From the NCBI GenBank assembly GCA_965242695.1, contig CBDESU010000002.1, positions 640,001-704,000 on the forward strand: DNA of 64,000 nt, in the 5' to 3' direction. This DNA comes from Cenarchaeum sp. (GTDB taxonomy: Archaea; Thermoproteota; Nitrososphaeria; Nitrososphaerales; Nitrosopumilaceae). The translations under genes and the position numbers were made by a program. Below the pieces are notes generated by a model. It was given only the letters and a program-made list of their open reading frames with translations. It was not told where the DNA came from and did not search any database. Below are positions 47,156-58,400 of this stretch, piece by piece. How positions within the stretch are numbered: the stretch's first letter is position 1; each line of letters starts with the position of its first letter.

Positions 47156-47857
47156 CTAGCCGCGGTCCGTGCCGACCCGCGCGGCCGCCCCCTGCGAGAC
47201 GAGGGCCGCCGCATTCTCGAGCGGAATGGTCGCCACGTCCTCCGCCGAGTACGGGCCGTACCGCGCCATGTCGGCGCCGGTCATCTCGTCGACCGGCTTG
47301 AGCATCCTGACCATGACCAGCCCCGTCCTGTGCGCGGCCGTGACGGACTCGAGGAGCCGCGGGCGGCCCGAGACAATGCCGTCAAGGACAAGCGAGCGCC
47401 TCTCGTCCATGTCCGTGCCGGGGTAGAGGATGTACTTTTCCTCGTCGAGCAGGTTGCCGGGGCCGGGGGGCGGGGCGGGACCCTGGGGGGGCGGGGCGTC
47501 CTGCTCGCCCGCCAGAGCGCCGTCGGGGGGCGAAAAGTCGGCGGGCGGGCCGGGGGCGGGGGCCTCTTCGCCGGCCGGGGGCGGGGCGCCCCGGCGCGGA
47601 CGGCCGCGCCGGCCGGCCGCCTTCTCTAGGCGCATCTCGAGCAGCAGCGAGAGCATGAGCGTGGCCCTGGACGTGACGGCCCTCTTCACGGCCGCCTCTG
47701 CGCCGTCGTACCGCTCGTGCTTGAGGCGGCCGAGGTACTCGGACGCGGCCCTGTAGAAGTCGGGGTCCATCTCCTGTATGACGTCGTCGCGCGCCTCGCG
47801 CAGCGCCGCCTCGTAGAGCATGCCCAGGCTGACATCGGTCGTCTCCACGGCCGCCAA
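47156..47857 (-). CDS. GINS family replication protein (Gins15/51-type)
   Basis: QEMDPDFY, MRLEK, LLDEEKYI, G.D...YGPY.AEDVATIP.ENA..L. Confidence 0.82.
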   Translation of the reverse strand: MAAVETTDVSLGMLYEAALREARDDVIQEMDPDFYRAASEYLGRLKHERYDGAEAAVKRAVTSRATLMLSLLLEMRLEKAAGRRGRPRRGAPPPAGEEAPAPGPPADFSPPDGALAGEQDAPPPQGPAPPPGPGNLLDEEKYILYPGTDMDERRSLVLDGIVSGRPRLLESVTAAHRTGLVMVRMLKPVDEMTGADMARYGPYSAEDVATIPLENAAALVSQGAAARVGTDRG

Positions 47858-47894
47858 TCCTTAAATCCTAGGTATTTATCTTGCCGCCGTATAG

Positions 47895-49355
47895 TTGCCA
47901 TACAGGGTAAGCCACGGGAAGGCGCTAGAGCTGCGCTACTCGGCAGATGAGGTCTTCTCCAAGATACAGCACGAGGGCATAAAGTTCGTCGACCTCCAGT
48001 TCACGGGGCTGACCGGCCGGTTCCACCACACGACCATCTCGGCCGACACGTTCACGCCCGAGCAGATGACCGACGGCCTGCCAAAGCTCGACGGCTCGTC
48101 GATCGTCGGCTTTACGAACATCGACGACTCGGACCTGGTCCTCAAGCCGGACCCGAACACGTTCGCCGTCGTCCCCTGGTACTCGGAGAACAAGACGGCC
48201 AGGCTCCTGTGCGACGTGTACTGGGGCGCCGGCAGGGGCAGGCTCAACCGCGACCCGAGGGGCATAGCGCAAAAGGCCGAAGAGTCCGTCAAGGCCGCCG
48301 GGTTCGACTTTAGCGCGTGGGGCCCCGAGGTCGAGTTCTTCGTCTTCGACAAGGTCCACTGGGACGTCCTGACGCCGTACAAGGGGCAGTCGTACTCGAT
48401 CGAGTCCGAGGAGGCGCCGTGGAGCCAGGAGGGGACGGGGTACCCCATGGGCCTGCAGGAGGGGTACTATCCGAGCACGCCGTCGGACACGCTCACGCCG
48501 TTCCGCAACGAGTGCGTCAACGTCCTCAACGAGTCCTTTGGCATACTGTGCGACAACCACCACCACGAGGTGGCCACCGCCGGCCAGTGCGAGATAGACA
48601 TCAGGTACGACTACCTCACCAACGCGGCCGACGCGACGCAGTCGTACAAGTTCGTCATACGGAACATCGCCAAGAAGTACGGCAAGATCGCCACGATGAT
48701 GCCAAAGCCGATCTCGATGGACTCTGGCTCTGGGATGCACACCAACGTGAGCCTGTGGAAGAAGAAGAAGAACATCTTCTTCGACCCCGAGGGCGACATG
48801 GAGCTGAGCCAGACCGGCAGGTACTTTTGCGGCGGCATCCTGTCGCACGCAAAGGCGCTGTGCGCGATAACCAACCCGACGACAAACTCGTACCACAGGC
48901 TCGTCCCCGGCTACGAGGCGCCCGTGTACGTGGCGTGGAGCGGCAGCAACCGCTCGGCCATAGTCAGGGTGCCCCGGCACTTCAAGGGCGAGGGGTACGC
49001 GGCGCTCAAGCGCCTCGAGTTCAGGGCGCCGGACCCGTCGGCCAACCCGTACCTGGTGTTCTCGTCGGTGCTGGCAGCGGGGCTCGACGGCGTCAAGAGG
49101 AAGGTCGACCCCGGAGACCAGGTCAAGGAGGACATATTCAAGATGACAAAGTCCGAGAGGTCAAAGAGGAACATCGGCGTCCTGCCGGCCAACCTGGGCG
49201 AGGCCCTCGATGCGCTGGAGAGCGACCGCAAGTTCCTCGCGTCCATATTCCCGGACGACGTCGTCGACAAGCTCATCGAGCTCGAGCGGCGCGACCAGCG
49301 CGAGATCTCGATCAGGCCCCACCCGCACGAGTTCTACCTGTACTTTGACGTGTAG
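47895..49355 (+). CDS. glnA: glutamine synthetase type I (copy 2)
   Basis: DGSSI.GF, GPEVEFF, HHEVA, MPKP..DSGSGMH, RLVPGYEAP, NRSA, EFRAPD. Confidence 0.93.
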   Translation: MPYRVSHGKALELRYSADEVFSKIQHEGIKFVDLQFTGLTGRFHHTTISADTFTPEQMTDGLPKLDGSSIVGFTNIDDSDLVLKPDPNTFAVVPWYSENKTARLLCDVYWGAGRGRLNRDPRGIAQKAEESVKAAGFDFSAWGPEVEFFVFDKVHWDVLTPYKGQSYSIESEEAPWSQEGTGYPMGLQEGYYPSTPSDTLTPFRNECVNVLNESFGILCDNHHHEVATAGQCEIDIRYDYLTNAADATQSYKFVIRNIAKKYGKIATMMPKPISMDSGSGMHTNVSLWKKKKNIFFDPEGDMELSQTGRYFCGGILSHAKALCAITNPTTNSYHRLVPGYEAPVYVAWSGSNRSAIVRVPRHFKGEGYAALKRLEFRAPDPSANPYLVFSSVLAAGLDGVKRKVDPGDQVKEDIFKMTKSERSKRNIGVLPANLGEALDALESDRKFLASIFPDDVVDKLIELERRDQREISIRPHPHEFYLYFDV

Positions 49356-49600
49356 TCGGCGGCGGCGGCCGCCGGGCGGCGGGGGCATTAGTGCGCCTGC
49401 GATACGGCCCGCCCTGCGGCGGCCCAGAGTCCTCGGGGCGTCCCAGCGAGAGTAGGCCCAAGTCTTGGGGCGCTGCGAGCGCCGTGCTGCCTGCCGGCAA
49501 GGCTCGGCAGGGCGGCGCGCGGCCGCGCTTAGCCCCGTCGCGCCTGCGGGCCGGTCCGCGGCGGCCGCCGCATTGCGCGGGTTGGCGGCTTTGGCGCGGC

Positions 49601-49699
49601 GGCGGCCGGGTGCGGCCTAGATGACGGTTGTTAGGGACAGGGCGGCCGAGTTGGGGTAGTCCGGCGCCGGCGGGCGGCCGGGTGCGGCCTAGATGACGG
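49601..49699. repeat. 27-bp direct repeat with 45-bp unique spacer, duplicating a gene stop region
   Basis: GGCGGCCGGGTGCGGCCTAGATGACGG at 49601 and 49673. Confidence 0.85.
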
Positions 49700-49985
49700 C
49701 CCCGAAGCGGTTGGTCAGGAGCAGGATCAGGAACAGCGAGGCGGCGAGCAGCCCGAACCCCGCCCCCATGTACACGCCCCTGCGCTCGTTGAGCGTTACG
49801 CCCTTGTAGACCAGGATTGCGCCGGCGAGCCCCAGCGACAGGACCAGCGTGCCGGCCACCACCCCCTCAAAGCTCGCCCCCGTGATCACGGGGTAGAAGA
49901 ACCCCGACAGGAGGACAAAGAGGACCGCCAGATAGACGTACTTGCCGCCGCCGATGAGCTTTGAGGCAATCTGTTCCGTGTTCAT
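49689..49985 (-). CDS. small three-TM membrane protein
   Basis: Hydrophobic 98-aa ORF downstream of the thermosome gene. Confidence 0.75.
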   Translation of the reverse strand: MNTEQIASKLIGGGKYVYLAVLFVLLSGFFYPVITGASFEGVVAGTLVLSLGLAGAILVYKGVTLNERRGVYMGAGFGLLAASLFLILLLTNRFGAVI

Positions 49986-50048
49986 TAGAGTCCCCCCGGC
50001 GAGCCGGCTAGCAAACGTGGGATGGTAAAGGGTGTCATGCGCGGGCGC

Positions 50049-51755
50049 TCACATGTCCATGTCGCCCATGCCACCCATTCCGCCCATGCCGCCGCCCATG
50101 CCACCCATTCCGCCCATGCCGCCTCCGGGCCCGCCCCCTTCGCCTCCAGGGGGGCCCGACGACTTGGCGGTGGCCACGACATCGTCGATCCTAAGTATCA
50201 TGCAGGCCGCCTCCGCCGCGGCCGAGACGATCTGCGTCTTTACCGCGAGCGGCTCGATAATGTCGCTCGTCTTCATGTTGGCCGTCTTCGCCTTCATGAC
50301 GTCGATGCCGGTCCACTTTTCGCCCTTTAGCTGCCTTGACCGCAGGGCCGTAATGGTGTCGATTGGATCCATGCCGGCGTTCTCGGCCAGCGTGAGGGGT
50401 ATGGACTCTAGCGAGTCGGCAAACTTTTCGGCCGCCAGCTGCTCGCGGCCGACCAGCGACTTTGACCACGCGCGTATCTTGGACGCCGCGTACGTCTCGG
50501 GCGCGCCGCCGCCTGCCACCACGGACGGCATCTCCATGACGTCCTTTACGACCATGATGGCGTCGTGGACGGACCGCTCGACCTCGTCGACCACGCGCTG
50601 CGAGCCGCCGCGCAGCAGGAGCGTCACCGACTTGGGGTGGCGGCAGCCCTCGACGAACACCCAGCGATCCTCCTCGATCTTGCGCTCCTCGACGGTCTCG
50701 GCCGAGCCCAGATCCCTCTCGTAGAGGTCGTCGATGTTGGTTACAATGCGCGCATCCGTGGCGCGGGCCAGCTTTGTCAGGTCGCTCTCCTTTATCCGCC
50801 TGACGGCCAGCACGCCGGCCTTGGAGAGATAGTGCTGGGCCATGTCGTCGATTCCCTTTTGGCACAGCACCACGTTGGCCCCCGCGCCGATCAGCTTGTC
50901 GACCATCTCCTTGAGGATGCGGTTCTCCTCGTCCAGGAACGACTTGAGCTGCTGCGGGTTCGAGATGTTGATCTTTGCGTCCGTCTCGGTCTTGCTGATC
51001 TCGAGCGCCGCGTTGACGAGGGCAATCTTGGCCCCGGACACCTTCTTGGGCATCCCGCCGTGGACGACTTCCTTGTCCAGGACAATCCCCTTGACGAGGC
51101 GCGAGTCCTTGATCGAGCCGCCCGGCTTTTTCTCGACCTTTATGTCGTCGTCGTCGACCTCGTACGTGTCGCCGTCCCTCTCGGCGACGGCAGAGACGGA
51201 CTGGACGACCAAGTCGGACAGGGCATCCGAGTCCTTGCGGACGAGCTTTGTCTGCAGCGACGTCTTTGCCACCTTTGAGAGCATGGCCTGGTCGCCGGCC
51301 GAGACGGCATCGGCGATCTCCCTGAGGTAGCTCTCGGCCATGCGGGCCGCCTTGCGGTAGCCGTCGACGATGATGGTCGGGTGAACGTCCTGCGTGATGA
51401 GCGACTCGGCGTTCTCCAGCAGGGAGCCCGCCAGCACGACCGCCGAGGTCGTCCCGTCGCCGACCTCGTTGTCCGTCGTCTTTGATATCTCGACGAGCAT
51501 CTTGGCCGCAGGGTGCTGCACGTCGATCTCCTTGAGGATCGTCGCGCCGTCGTTGGTGATCGTGACGTCGCCGAGCGAGTCGACGAGCATCTTGTCCATG
51601 CCGCGCGGGCCTAGGCTGGAGTGGACGATCTCGGCGACGACCTTCGAGGCGGCGATGTTGTTCTTCTGGGCGTCGCGGCCCTTGGTCTCGGTCGAGCCCT
51701 CCTTGAGTAGGACTACGGGCATGGTTCCCTTTGACGAGGCCTGTACGTGGCTCAC
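50049..51755 (-). CDS. ths: thermosome subunit (group II chaperonin)
   Basis: [25 protein letters not shown]-rich tail. Confidence 0.97.
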   Translation of the reverse strand: MSHVQASSKGTMPVVLLKEGSTETKGRDAQKNNIAASKVVAEIVHSSLGPRGMDKMLVDSLGDVTITNDGATILKEIDVQHPAAKMLVEISKTTDNEVGDGTTSAVVLAGSLLENAESLITQDVHPTIIVDGYRKAARMAESYLREIADAVSAGDQAMLSKVAKTSLQTKLVRKDSDALSDLVVQSVSAVAERDGDTYEVDDDDIKVEKKPGGSIKDSRLVKGIVLDKEVVHGGMPKKVSGAKIALVNAALEISKTETDAKINISNPQQLKSFLDEENRILKEMVDKLIGAGANVVLCQKGIDDMAQHYLSKAGVLAVRRIKESDLTKLARATDARIVTNIDDLYERDLGSAETVEERKIEEDRWVFVEGCRHPKSVTLLLRGGSQRVVDEVERSVHDAIMVVKDVMEMPSVVAGGGAPETYAASKIRAWSKSLVGREQLAAEKFADSLESIPLTLAENAGMDPIDTITALRSRQLKGEKWTGIDVMKAKTANMKTSDIIEPLAVKTQIVSAAAEAACMILRIDDVVATAKSSGPPGGEGGGPGGGMGGMGGMGGGMGGMGGMGDMDM

Positions 51756-51792
51756 GGGCGGGCCGCTTTCGGGGCCACATATAAGGTATCCG

Positions 51793-51804
51793 AATTGCGC
51801 AATT
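51793..51804. promoter_or_regulatory. perfect palindrome AATTGCGCAATT next to the thermosome TATA box
   Basis: 12-bp palindrome; CTTATATG on the minus strand at about 51778-51785. Confidence 0.5.
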
Positions 51805-51830
51805 TCGGGCCGTCGGGGCGGTTCGGCGCC

Positions 51831-52037
51831 CGTGCGCAGGCGTGGGGGGGGCGCCCGTGCGCAGGCGTGGGGGGGTTCGTTGGGGGGGGGCGTGCGCAGG
51901 CGTGGGGGGGTTCGGCGTCTGGGGGGGGGGGCAGGGGCGCCAGGTCACGCGTCGGTGTCGGGAGGGGCGACGGGGGCAGGCACCCGGCCCCGCAAAGGGG
52001 GCAGGGGCGCCAGGTCACGCGTCGATGTCGGGAGGGG
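51831..52037. repeat. G-rich intergenic repeats (20-bp unit x3; 41-bp unit x2, period 70)
   Basis: CGTGCGCAGGCGTGGGGGGG at 51831, 51856, 51891; GGGGGCAGGGGCGCCAGGTCACGCGTCG... at 51927 and 51997. Confidence 0.85.
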
Positions 52038-52239
52038 GCGGCCGCCGGCCCGGCCCGGCCCTGCCAGCCGTGCCGTCCGGCACCTCTGCTTCCAGCACCC
52101 CCTTGTGTGCGGCGCCGCTACCGCCGGCCCCTCCCCGCGGAGGGCAGGACAGGGCCGCAGGCCCCACGCCGTAGCTGGGGCGAGGGGGGCGGCCACCCAC
52201 CCTAGACGTTTTAAATGGGGATGGATGCGCAGGGGCTGC

Positions 52240-53568
52240 ATGGCAGACAAGTACGTGACCACTCCTAGGGAAATGTACCGGCAGGTCTTTGACGATCTGC
52301 AACGGCACCACAGGTGGTTCCAGAATGCGATACCGCTCATAGCAAGCGAGAACATACCGAGTCCCGCAGTGCGCGAGGCCCTCGCATCGGACTTTGGCAA
52401 CCGGTACGCCGAGGGCTGGCCCGGCGAGCGCGTCTACGCCGGATGCACCTACATCGACAAGGTCGAGGTCATGTGCGCCAAGATCGCGCGGACGCTGTTC
52501 AGGGCCCAGTTTGCCGACGTCAGGCCGATCTCGGGCGTAGTGGCCAACCTGGCCGTCTACTCGGCGTTTTCAAAGCCGGGCGACACGATGCTGGCCCCGT
52601 CCATACCGGCCGGCGGGCACATATCCCACGGCAAGAGGGAGCACTCGGGGACGGCCGGCCTGGTCCACGGCCTCGACATCGAGTTCTTCCCGTTCGATCC
52701 GATGGAGATGAACATAGACGTGGATGCGACCAAGAAGAAGGTGCGCCAGCTAAAGGGCTCGAAAAGGCCCAAGATTGCGATGTTCGGCGGGTCGCTGTTC
52801 CTGTTCCCCCATCCGGTCAAGGAGCTGTCCGAGTTCCTCAAGGGTTACGGCATGCACGTCAACTACGACGGGGCCCATGTGGCGGGGCTGATCGCCGGCG
52901 GAATGTTCCAGGATCCCCTGCGCGAGGGGGCAGACACGTTCACGGCCAGCACCCACAAGACCCTGTTCGGGCCGCAGGGCGGAATGGTCCTAGGCCGCAA
53001 GGAGCATGCCGATCCGATCAAAAAGGCCGTCTTCCCCGGCCTGACAAGCAGCCACCACATACACCACATGGCCGCAAAGGCCATCGCGTACGCGGAGGCG
53101 CTCAAGTTCGCAGAGCCGTACGCCAAGCAGGTCGTTGCCAACGCCAAGGCGCTCGCGGAGGCGCTCAGCGAAGAGGGCTTCAAGGTGCTCGGTGAGTCCA
53201 ACGGGTTTACAAAGTCGCACCAGGTGGCGGTCGACGTCCTCAAGTACTCGGACGGCGGCAAGGTCGAGAAGGCCCTCGAAATGGCCAACATCATAGTCAA
53301 CAGGCAGCTCATACCCGGCGACATCAAGGCTGGCAGGCACTACCTGCACCCGGGCGGCATCCGCCTGGGCGTGGCCGAGGTCACTAGGCTCGGCATGAAG
53401 GGCGACGAGATGAAGAGGATTGCCGAGCTCATCAGGCAGGTCGTCATAGACCGGGTGGATCCTAAGGACAACAGGATCAGGGCCAAGACGCTCAGGCGCG
53501 ACTTCCAGACAGTCTACTACTGCTTTGACCGCGCGACGCCGGCGTACAAGTACCTCCGGCTCAGGTAG
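52240..53568 (+). CDS. glyA: serine hydroxymethyltransferase
   Basis: [36 protein letters not shown]; TTTTAAA upstream. Confidence 0.96.
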   Translation: MADKYVTTPREMYRQVFDDLQRHHRWFQNAIPLIASENIPSPAVREALASDFGNRYAEGWPGERVYAGCTYIDKVEVMCAKIARTLFRAQFADVRPISGVVANLAVYSAFSKPGDTMLAPSIPAGGHISHGKREHSGTAGLVHGLDIEFFPFDPMEMNIDVDATKKKVRQLKGSKRPKIAMFGGSLFLFPHPVKELSEFLKGYGMHVNYDGAHVAGLIAGGMFQDPLREGADTFTASTHKTLFGPQGGMVLGRKEHADPIKKAVFPGLTSSHHIHHMAAKAIAYAEALKFAEPYAKQVVANAKALAEALSEEGFKVLGESNGFTKSHQVAVDVLKYSDGGKVEKALEMANIIVNRQLIPGDIKAGRHYLHPGGIRLGVAEVTRLGMKGDEMKRIAELIRQVVIDRVDPKDNRIRAKTLRRDFQTVYYCFDRATPAYKYLRLR

Positions 53569-53642
53569 CCCCCGGCGCGACGGCCGCCAAGGGCAGCGCC
53601 CGACGATCATCCTCCCCAAGCTTCGCCGCCCGTTGGCACCGC

Positions 53643-56600
53643 CTACTCCGCATAGTCCGTGAGCAACGCCTGGTCGCCGCCCCCCTTGCCGAACACCAGT
53701 TCGATCTCGTCGGCCAGGGCGTGGATGCGCCCGTGGTTGTACTTGCCGACTTCGTACTGCTCGACAAGGCGCTTGGCCGGCCCCAGGTACTTTTCGACCG
53801 AGGCCCTCGTAATGGTCTGTATGATCTCGTGGCCGCATTTGCAGCGGCCCTTGAGGGGCGGCCGCCGGTAGGACGTGTTGCAGGCGGTGCACCGCAGCTG
53901 CTGCCGCGCGTACGACCGCAGGTTGCCCATGATGTCGGGCACTAGGTGCGAGGAGATCACGTTCGTGACTATCACGGTCGTGTCGACGGCGCGTATCAGG
54001 TCGGCGTTGCGTATCTGCATGTCGAGCTTGTCGAGCATTGAGCCGACCGTCGAGTAGGCGCTGCGCGAGTTCGACGAGGCCAGCTGCGACGTCGCGTGCG
54101 TGTAGTGGTAGTTGCGGAACTGCTCGGGCGAGTCGAGGCGGGACCGGATGATCTCGATGCAGTCTATGTCGGACGCCTTTGGTAGGCCGAGCGTGGCCTC
54201 GAAGAACCTTGCGGGAAAGGCGCGCATGACCTCGAGGTTGTGCGCCTGCGGCTGCGACTCGTGAGGCAGGACAAGCGGCTGTATGAGCAGCGGCGCGTCC
54301 ATGAGCCCGCCGATCCTGTCGGACAGGTAGTCGCGCGAGAAGTTGAGCAGGACGTCCATGAGGAGCATTACAGAGTCGGCGTCGCCGTCGGCGTCGCGCC
54401 GCTTGGCCGAGTGCCAGTTCGGCGTCCCAAAGCACACCTGCATGCCCGTCCGGCCGATTATCCTGGCCACCACGCCGACCGAGGTGTGCGGCGCAAGTCC
54501 GACGACAAGGTGGCCCACCAGGCCGTCGGCGTCCTTGACGTTGTAGTAGCGCGGCCTGCCGTAGAGCCGCTCAAGCTCGTCGTCTATGTACCTGCACGCC
54601 TTGACAAGGTACGAGGCGCCCTCCTCGGGGATGACTATATCCTGCATCATAATCTCGACGGTCTGGTCGTCTCGCTCGAGTGGAAGGCCGTCTACGTCGC
54701 GCTCGTACCCGAGCTCCCTGAGCCGGGCCACGCTCGTGCCTATCCACGACGGCCTGAAGTGGGTCAGTGGCGAGTTGGTCGCGTCGAACCGAACCGTCCC
54801 GTCCTTGAAGACGGTTAGTCCGCAGCTCTGCCGGATCAGCCCCTTCTCGAGCGGCTCGGCGGCGCGGTCGTGGCTGATCAGCTCGTTGACCCCCTTGAGG
54901 GGGGTGTGCGCCCGAACGCGGGCCTGTTCCTGGGCCGCCGCGAGCATCTTCTTAAGCGGAACGGGCTTGTACGAGTATGCGGCAACCTTCCTGCCGCACG
55001 TATCGCACTCGGCGCCGTCCACGCTGGTGCGGCACTTGGAGCAGGTGCGCTCTAGCGATGTCTTCTCTCCGCATGCGGCGCACCGGATGCCGAGGGACAG
55101 CTCTCCGCATGCGGCGCACTTCCGGTTCGATATGTTCGTGAAGAAGGACGGCTCGTCGGCCGCCTTGATCAGGTCGCGCTGCGGCCCGCCCTTTGACGAG
55201 ACGGGAAACAGGCAGTGTACGGGAGGGTTCATGCTGCGCGCTGCCGCCTTTTCGGGGCGGCCAATCCTGACCCCCAGCGCGGTCGAGAATTTCGGCCGTA
55301 TCTCGACCCCGGACGATGCGGTGATCGCTGCCGGGACGGTCGGTCGGGCCCCGTCGCCAGAGCCCAGATCCGGCCGCTTTTCATAGAGCAGTACGTTGAA
55401 CAGGACGGCCTCGTCGCCGGACAGGACGGCCTCGTCGCCGTCGAGCCGATGGGGCACGCCAAGGCTCTCAAGGACGGGCTTGCACGTGGCAGCGTCAAGG
55501 CGCAGCTCGGCCGCGGCCGCATCGCCGCCGCCTCCGCCGTCCCCGTGCAGCACGCCCTCCAGCAACGCAGCCAGGTCGTCGATTGTGATCTGATCCCAGT
55601 AGTGTAGGTAGCGCGGGTGCAGCGGCACGCCAGCGTCCCGGGCAAGGCGCAACGACTCGGCAAGCGACGGGGGCTTTTCGAGGAAGCGGCCCAGGGCGGC
55701 GCGCGCCTCGTACCCGCCCTCCTTTATTCGGGCAGCCAGCTCCGCCTCCCAGTACTCCTCGACGTACCCGGACGGCACAAGCGGCGCGTTGTTCTCGAGA
55801 AAGTCGCCGAACGAGACGAGGGCGTCGCCGAGGTGGATCACCTCCTTGATCTTCCCCTTGAGGCGGGCGGCGTGCGCCGCGTCGCGGACCCGAACGACAT
55901 CGCCGCCGGCGAGCATCACCGTCGGCGGCTCGATCGAGTCGACCAGCGCCACGGTGGCGCCCTTTCCCGGCATGTCGATCTTGACCTGCGTGCCGACCGT
56001 TATCGTGTGCTCGAGGATCTCGGCGACCGCCGGATGGAACCCGACCGCCGCAAACCCCGTGTTGCATGCCCTGCCGTACCGCAGCCGGAAGCCGCCCAGC
56101 CGTCCCGGCGTGGACAGCACCGACCGGCCAATGATCACCTCGCGCATGCGCTTGGCCGCCGCGCCCTCCTCGTCGTCGCCCGTCTGGTCTGCGCCGTGCA
56201 GGTCCGCCAGCCACTCCCAGCCCTCGAGCTTGTACATGTCGATGCGCTTGAGGAGTTTTTTGGACCTGCCGATGAGCCCGTCGTTGAGGACGCGCAGCGC
56301 CCCGCCGCGCACCCGATCCGTCTTGATCCGCCGCATGCCTTTGTGGTTTACCACCTCGACGGGATCCGTGTCGACCCCGTCGAGCTCCACGGGCAGGTTC
56401 GATATGACCTTGACTATATCCTCGTCCTTGACGCGGTACTGGAACCCTATGCCCGACTCGCGCTCGTACACCCGCAGCTCCTCGACGAAGCGGCCCGTCT
56501 CGTCGTCGAACGAGTTGGCGGCGTACTTGTCCAGGCCGGCCGTCTTGCGCACGTGGTCCGCGAGCAGCATCGTGACGGCCGACTCGGTGCCGCCGGCCGA

Positions 56601-57077
56601 CCGCATCGGCCCCGCAATCGACACGGACAGGTACTCGCTCTCGTCCTTGTTCTTCTTTATGGTCACGTCGGCGATGCCCTGCAACGGGGCAATCGTCACT
56701 CCCTCGGTCACTACGGCCAGCCCGACCCTGACCGCCATGTCCAGGCGCTCGACGAGCTCTGCGTCCGGCTGCATGTACTTGCCGCGCGCGATCTCCTCGG
56801 ACAGGCGCAGCGCCGTAACCTCCTTGCCCTGCGATGCGAGGCGCTCGCGCAGGTCGGCGGCTATGTCGATATCGTGCATCCTCGCGACGCGGTCGGCCAG
56901 ATCGTACGCAATGCGCGGCTCTACGCTCGACGAGGCGTCGACGAGCGTCGACTTTGCCGCCGCCGCCGCCTCAAACTCGTCGCCCGACCGCTTCGTCAGC
57001 CCCGCGTAGTAGTCGTAGTAGTGGCCCGGCATGTCCATGCCGCGAAGGCGGCCCAGGGCATCGTCGTACGAGCTCAC
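53643..57077 (-). CDS. polC: DNA polymerase D large subunit DP2
   Basis: GPMRSAGGT, GGFRLRYGR, KDGTVRFD, AKRRDADGD.D, Zn fingers; no intein seen. Confidence 0.97.
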   Translation of the reverse strand: MSSYDDALGRLRGMDMPGHYYDYYAGLTKRSGDEFEAAAAAKSTLVDASSSVEPRIAYDLADRVARMHDIDIAADLRERLASQGKEVTALRLSEEIARGKYMQPDAELVERLDMAVRVGLAVVTEGVTIAPLQGIADVTIKKNKDESEYLSVSIAGPMRSAGGTESAVTMLLADHVRKTAGLDKYAANSFDDETGRFVEELRVYERESGIGFQYRVKDEDIVKVISNLPVELDGVDTDPVEVVNHKGMRRIKTDRVRGGALRVLNDGLIGRSKKLLKRIDMYKLEGWEWLADLHGADQTGDDEEGAAAKRMREVIIGRSVLSTPGRLGGFRLRYGRACNTGFAAVGFHPAVAEILEHTITVGTQVKIDMPGKGATVALVDSIEPPTVMLAGGDVVRVRDAAHAARLKGKIKEVIHLGDALVSFGDFLENNAPLVPSGYVEEYWEAELAARIKEGGYEARAALGRFLEKPPSLAESLRLARDAGVPLHPRYLHYWDQITIDDLAALLEGVLHGDGGGGGDAAAAELRLDAATCKPVLESLGVPHRLDGDEAVLSGDEAVLFNVLLYEKRPDLGSGDGARPTVPAAITASSGVEIRPKFSTALGVRIGRPEKAAARSMNPPVHCLFPVSSKGGPQRDLIKAADEPSFFTNISNRKCAACGELSLGIRCAACGEKTSLERTCSKCRTSVDGAECDTCGRKVAAYSYKPVPLKKMLAAAQEQARVRAHTPLKGVNELISHDRAAEPLEKGLIRQSCGLTVFKDGTVRFDATNSPLTHFRPSWIGTSVARLRELGYERDVDGLPLERDDQTVEIMMQDIVIPEEGASYLVKACRYIDDELERLYGRPRYYNVKDADGLVGHLVVGLAPHTSVGVVARIIGRTGMQVCFGTPNWHSAKRRDADGDADSVMLLMDVLLNFSRDYLSDRIGGLMDAPLLIQPLVLPHESQPQAHNLEVMRAFPARFFEATLGLPKASDIDCIEIIRSRLDSPEQFRNYHYTHATSQLASSNSRSAYSTVGSMLDKLDMQIRNADLIRAVDTTVIVTNVISSHLVPDIMGNLRSYARQQLRCTACNTSYRRPPLKGRCKCGHEIIQTITRASVEKYLGPAKRLVEQYEVGKYNHGRIHALADEIELVFGKGGGDQALLTDYAE

Positions 57078-57847
57078 GGCCCAGACCCGCCGCTTCGGCG
57101 CCGCTGCCCCTGCATGGCGCCGATCATCTCCTCGATCACCGCAAGGCGGTCCGGCCCGGCGGCCTCTAGCAGCGTCCCGACGACGACTGCGTCGGCGCCG
57201 GCGGCCGATATCCGCCCCGCCGTCTCGGCGTCGCGAATGCCGCCGCCCACGATCAAAAAGCCGTCAAACACCTTGCGCACCGCGGCGACCATCTCGGGCC
57301 TTACGCTGGAGGCGGCCCCCGAGCCCGCCTCCAAGTACACAAACCGCATGCCAAGAAACCGCGCGGCCAGCGAGTACGCCGCGGCGATGGCAGGCTTGCC
57401 GTGCGGAATGGCCCGGGCCGAGCCGACAAACCAGGCCGTCGTGCCCTCGCCGACGACCAGATACGCGGTCGGAAGCGCCTCGAGGCCGTGCCGAAGGACG
57501 CTTGGCGCCGCCAGCGCCTGCGCCTGCGTGATGTAGTAGGGGTTTTCCGAGTTCATCAGCGAGCTGAACAGGATTGCGTCGGCGCCGCCAACCACCCCCG
57601 TGATGTTGCCGGGGAACAGCACGACGGGCACGCCCACGGCGTCCTTTATGCCCTGCACGGTTCGGGCAAGATCAACCTGGTCAGCCGTCGTCGACCCGCC
57701 GACCAGTATGGCCGAGGCGCCGCCAGACTCGGCCCGCCGGGCCGACTCGCTTGCCGCCGACGCGTCGGACACCTCCGAGTCGATGAGGGCAAACAGCAAC
57801 GTCCCCTTTTCAGAGCGCTCCCGGCGCAGCCTGGCCTCCACACCCAC
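57074..57847 (-). CDS. geranylgeranylglyceryl phosphate synthase
   Basis: ILVGGST, LFPG, YLEAGSGA, VGGGIR. Confidence 0.93.
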   Translation of the reverse strand: MGVEARLRRERSEKGTLLFALIDSEVSDASAASESARRAESGGASAILVGGSTTADQVDLARTVQGIKDAVGVPVVLFPGNITGVVGGADAILFSSLMNSENPYYITQAQALAAPSVLRHGLEALPTAYLVVGEGTTAWFVGSARAIPHGKPAIAAAYSLAARFLGMRFVYLEAGSGAASSVRPEMVAAVRKVFDGFLIVGGGIRDAETAGRISAAGADAVVVGTLLEAAGPDRLAVIEEMIGAMQGQRRRSGGSGP

Positions 57848-57914
57848 GAGGAGGCGCCCGTCTGACGGTCTTTAAAGTTTAAGTGGCAGGCCCCGCATAC
57901 AGATTTGTATAGCT

Positions 57915-58277
57915 TTGACGGAACACGACGAGTCTGGTTTCAAGGGGATTATTAGGGAAATAATAGAAAAATCCCTGTTTACGGAGCGTCAAATTGAAAT
58001 TTTGTTACATTCGAAGGGCCTCAAGGAATCTAGTCTGGGCATTAGCAGGGGTGCGTACTACAGGCAGGAGGGCCAGGCGCGCGACAAACTGGCCCGATTC
58101 TACTACACGGCCGTCCTCCTGCGCGCCCTAGGCGTGCTACTGCCAGATGACATGGATGTAATGTCACGCCTAGCCGAGCAGGTATCAGTGATACTAGATG
58201 GTGATATTGGGGAGGAGCGCAACGATGAGGTGTTAGATGTGATTGAAAAGATCATAAAACAGGCGTCAAAAGTGTGA
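57915..58277 (+). CDS. hypothetical HTH-like protein
   Basis: SLFTERQIEI...ISRGAYYR..GQAR; TTG start; TTTAAA boxes upstream. Confidence 0.7.
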   Translation: MTEHDESGFKGIIREIIEKSLFTERQIEILLHSKGLKESSLGISRGAYYRQEGQARDKLARFYYTAVLLRALGVLLPDDMDVMSRLAEQVSVILDGDIGEERNDEVLDVIEKIIKQASKV

Positions 58278-58400
58278 TTTGCGGGCGCGACCACGTGCGA
58301 CTCCATGCACAGTCTATGAGGCCAGCGTTGCAAAGATCGCGTGATTTGTGAGTTTTAGTTGACCAAACGACTTAAATCACCATACGGGGCGGGGCCAGCG

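Noticed and set aside
49356-49600. Structured ncRNA in a GC-rich intergenic region
   Set aside because: Hairpins are expected at this GC content and no family motif was recognised
51394-52239. N-terminal extension of SHMT (724-aa ORF)
   Set aside because: It overlaps the thermosome antisense; the TATA box and conserved start indicate ATG 52240
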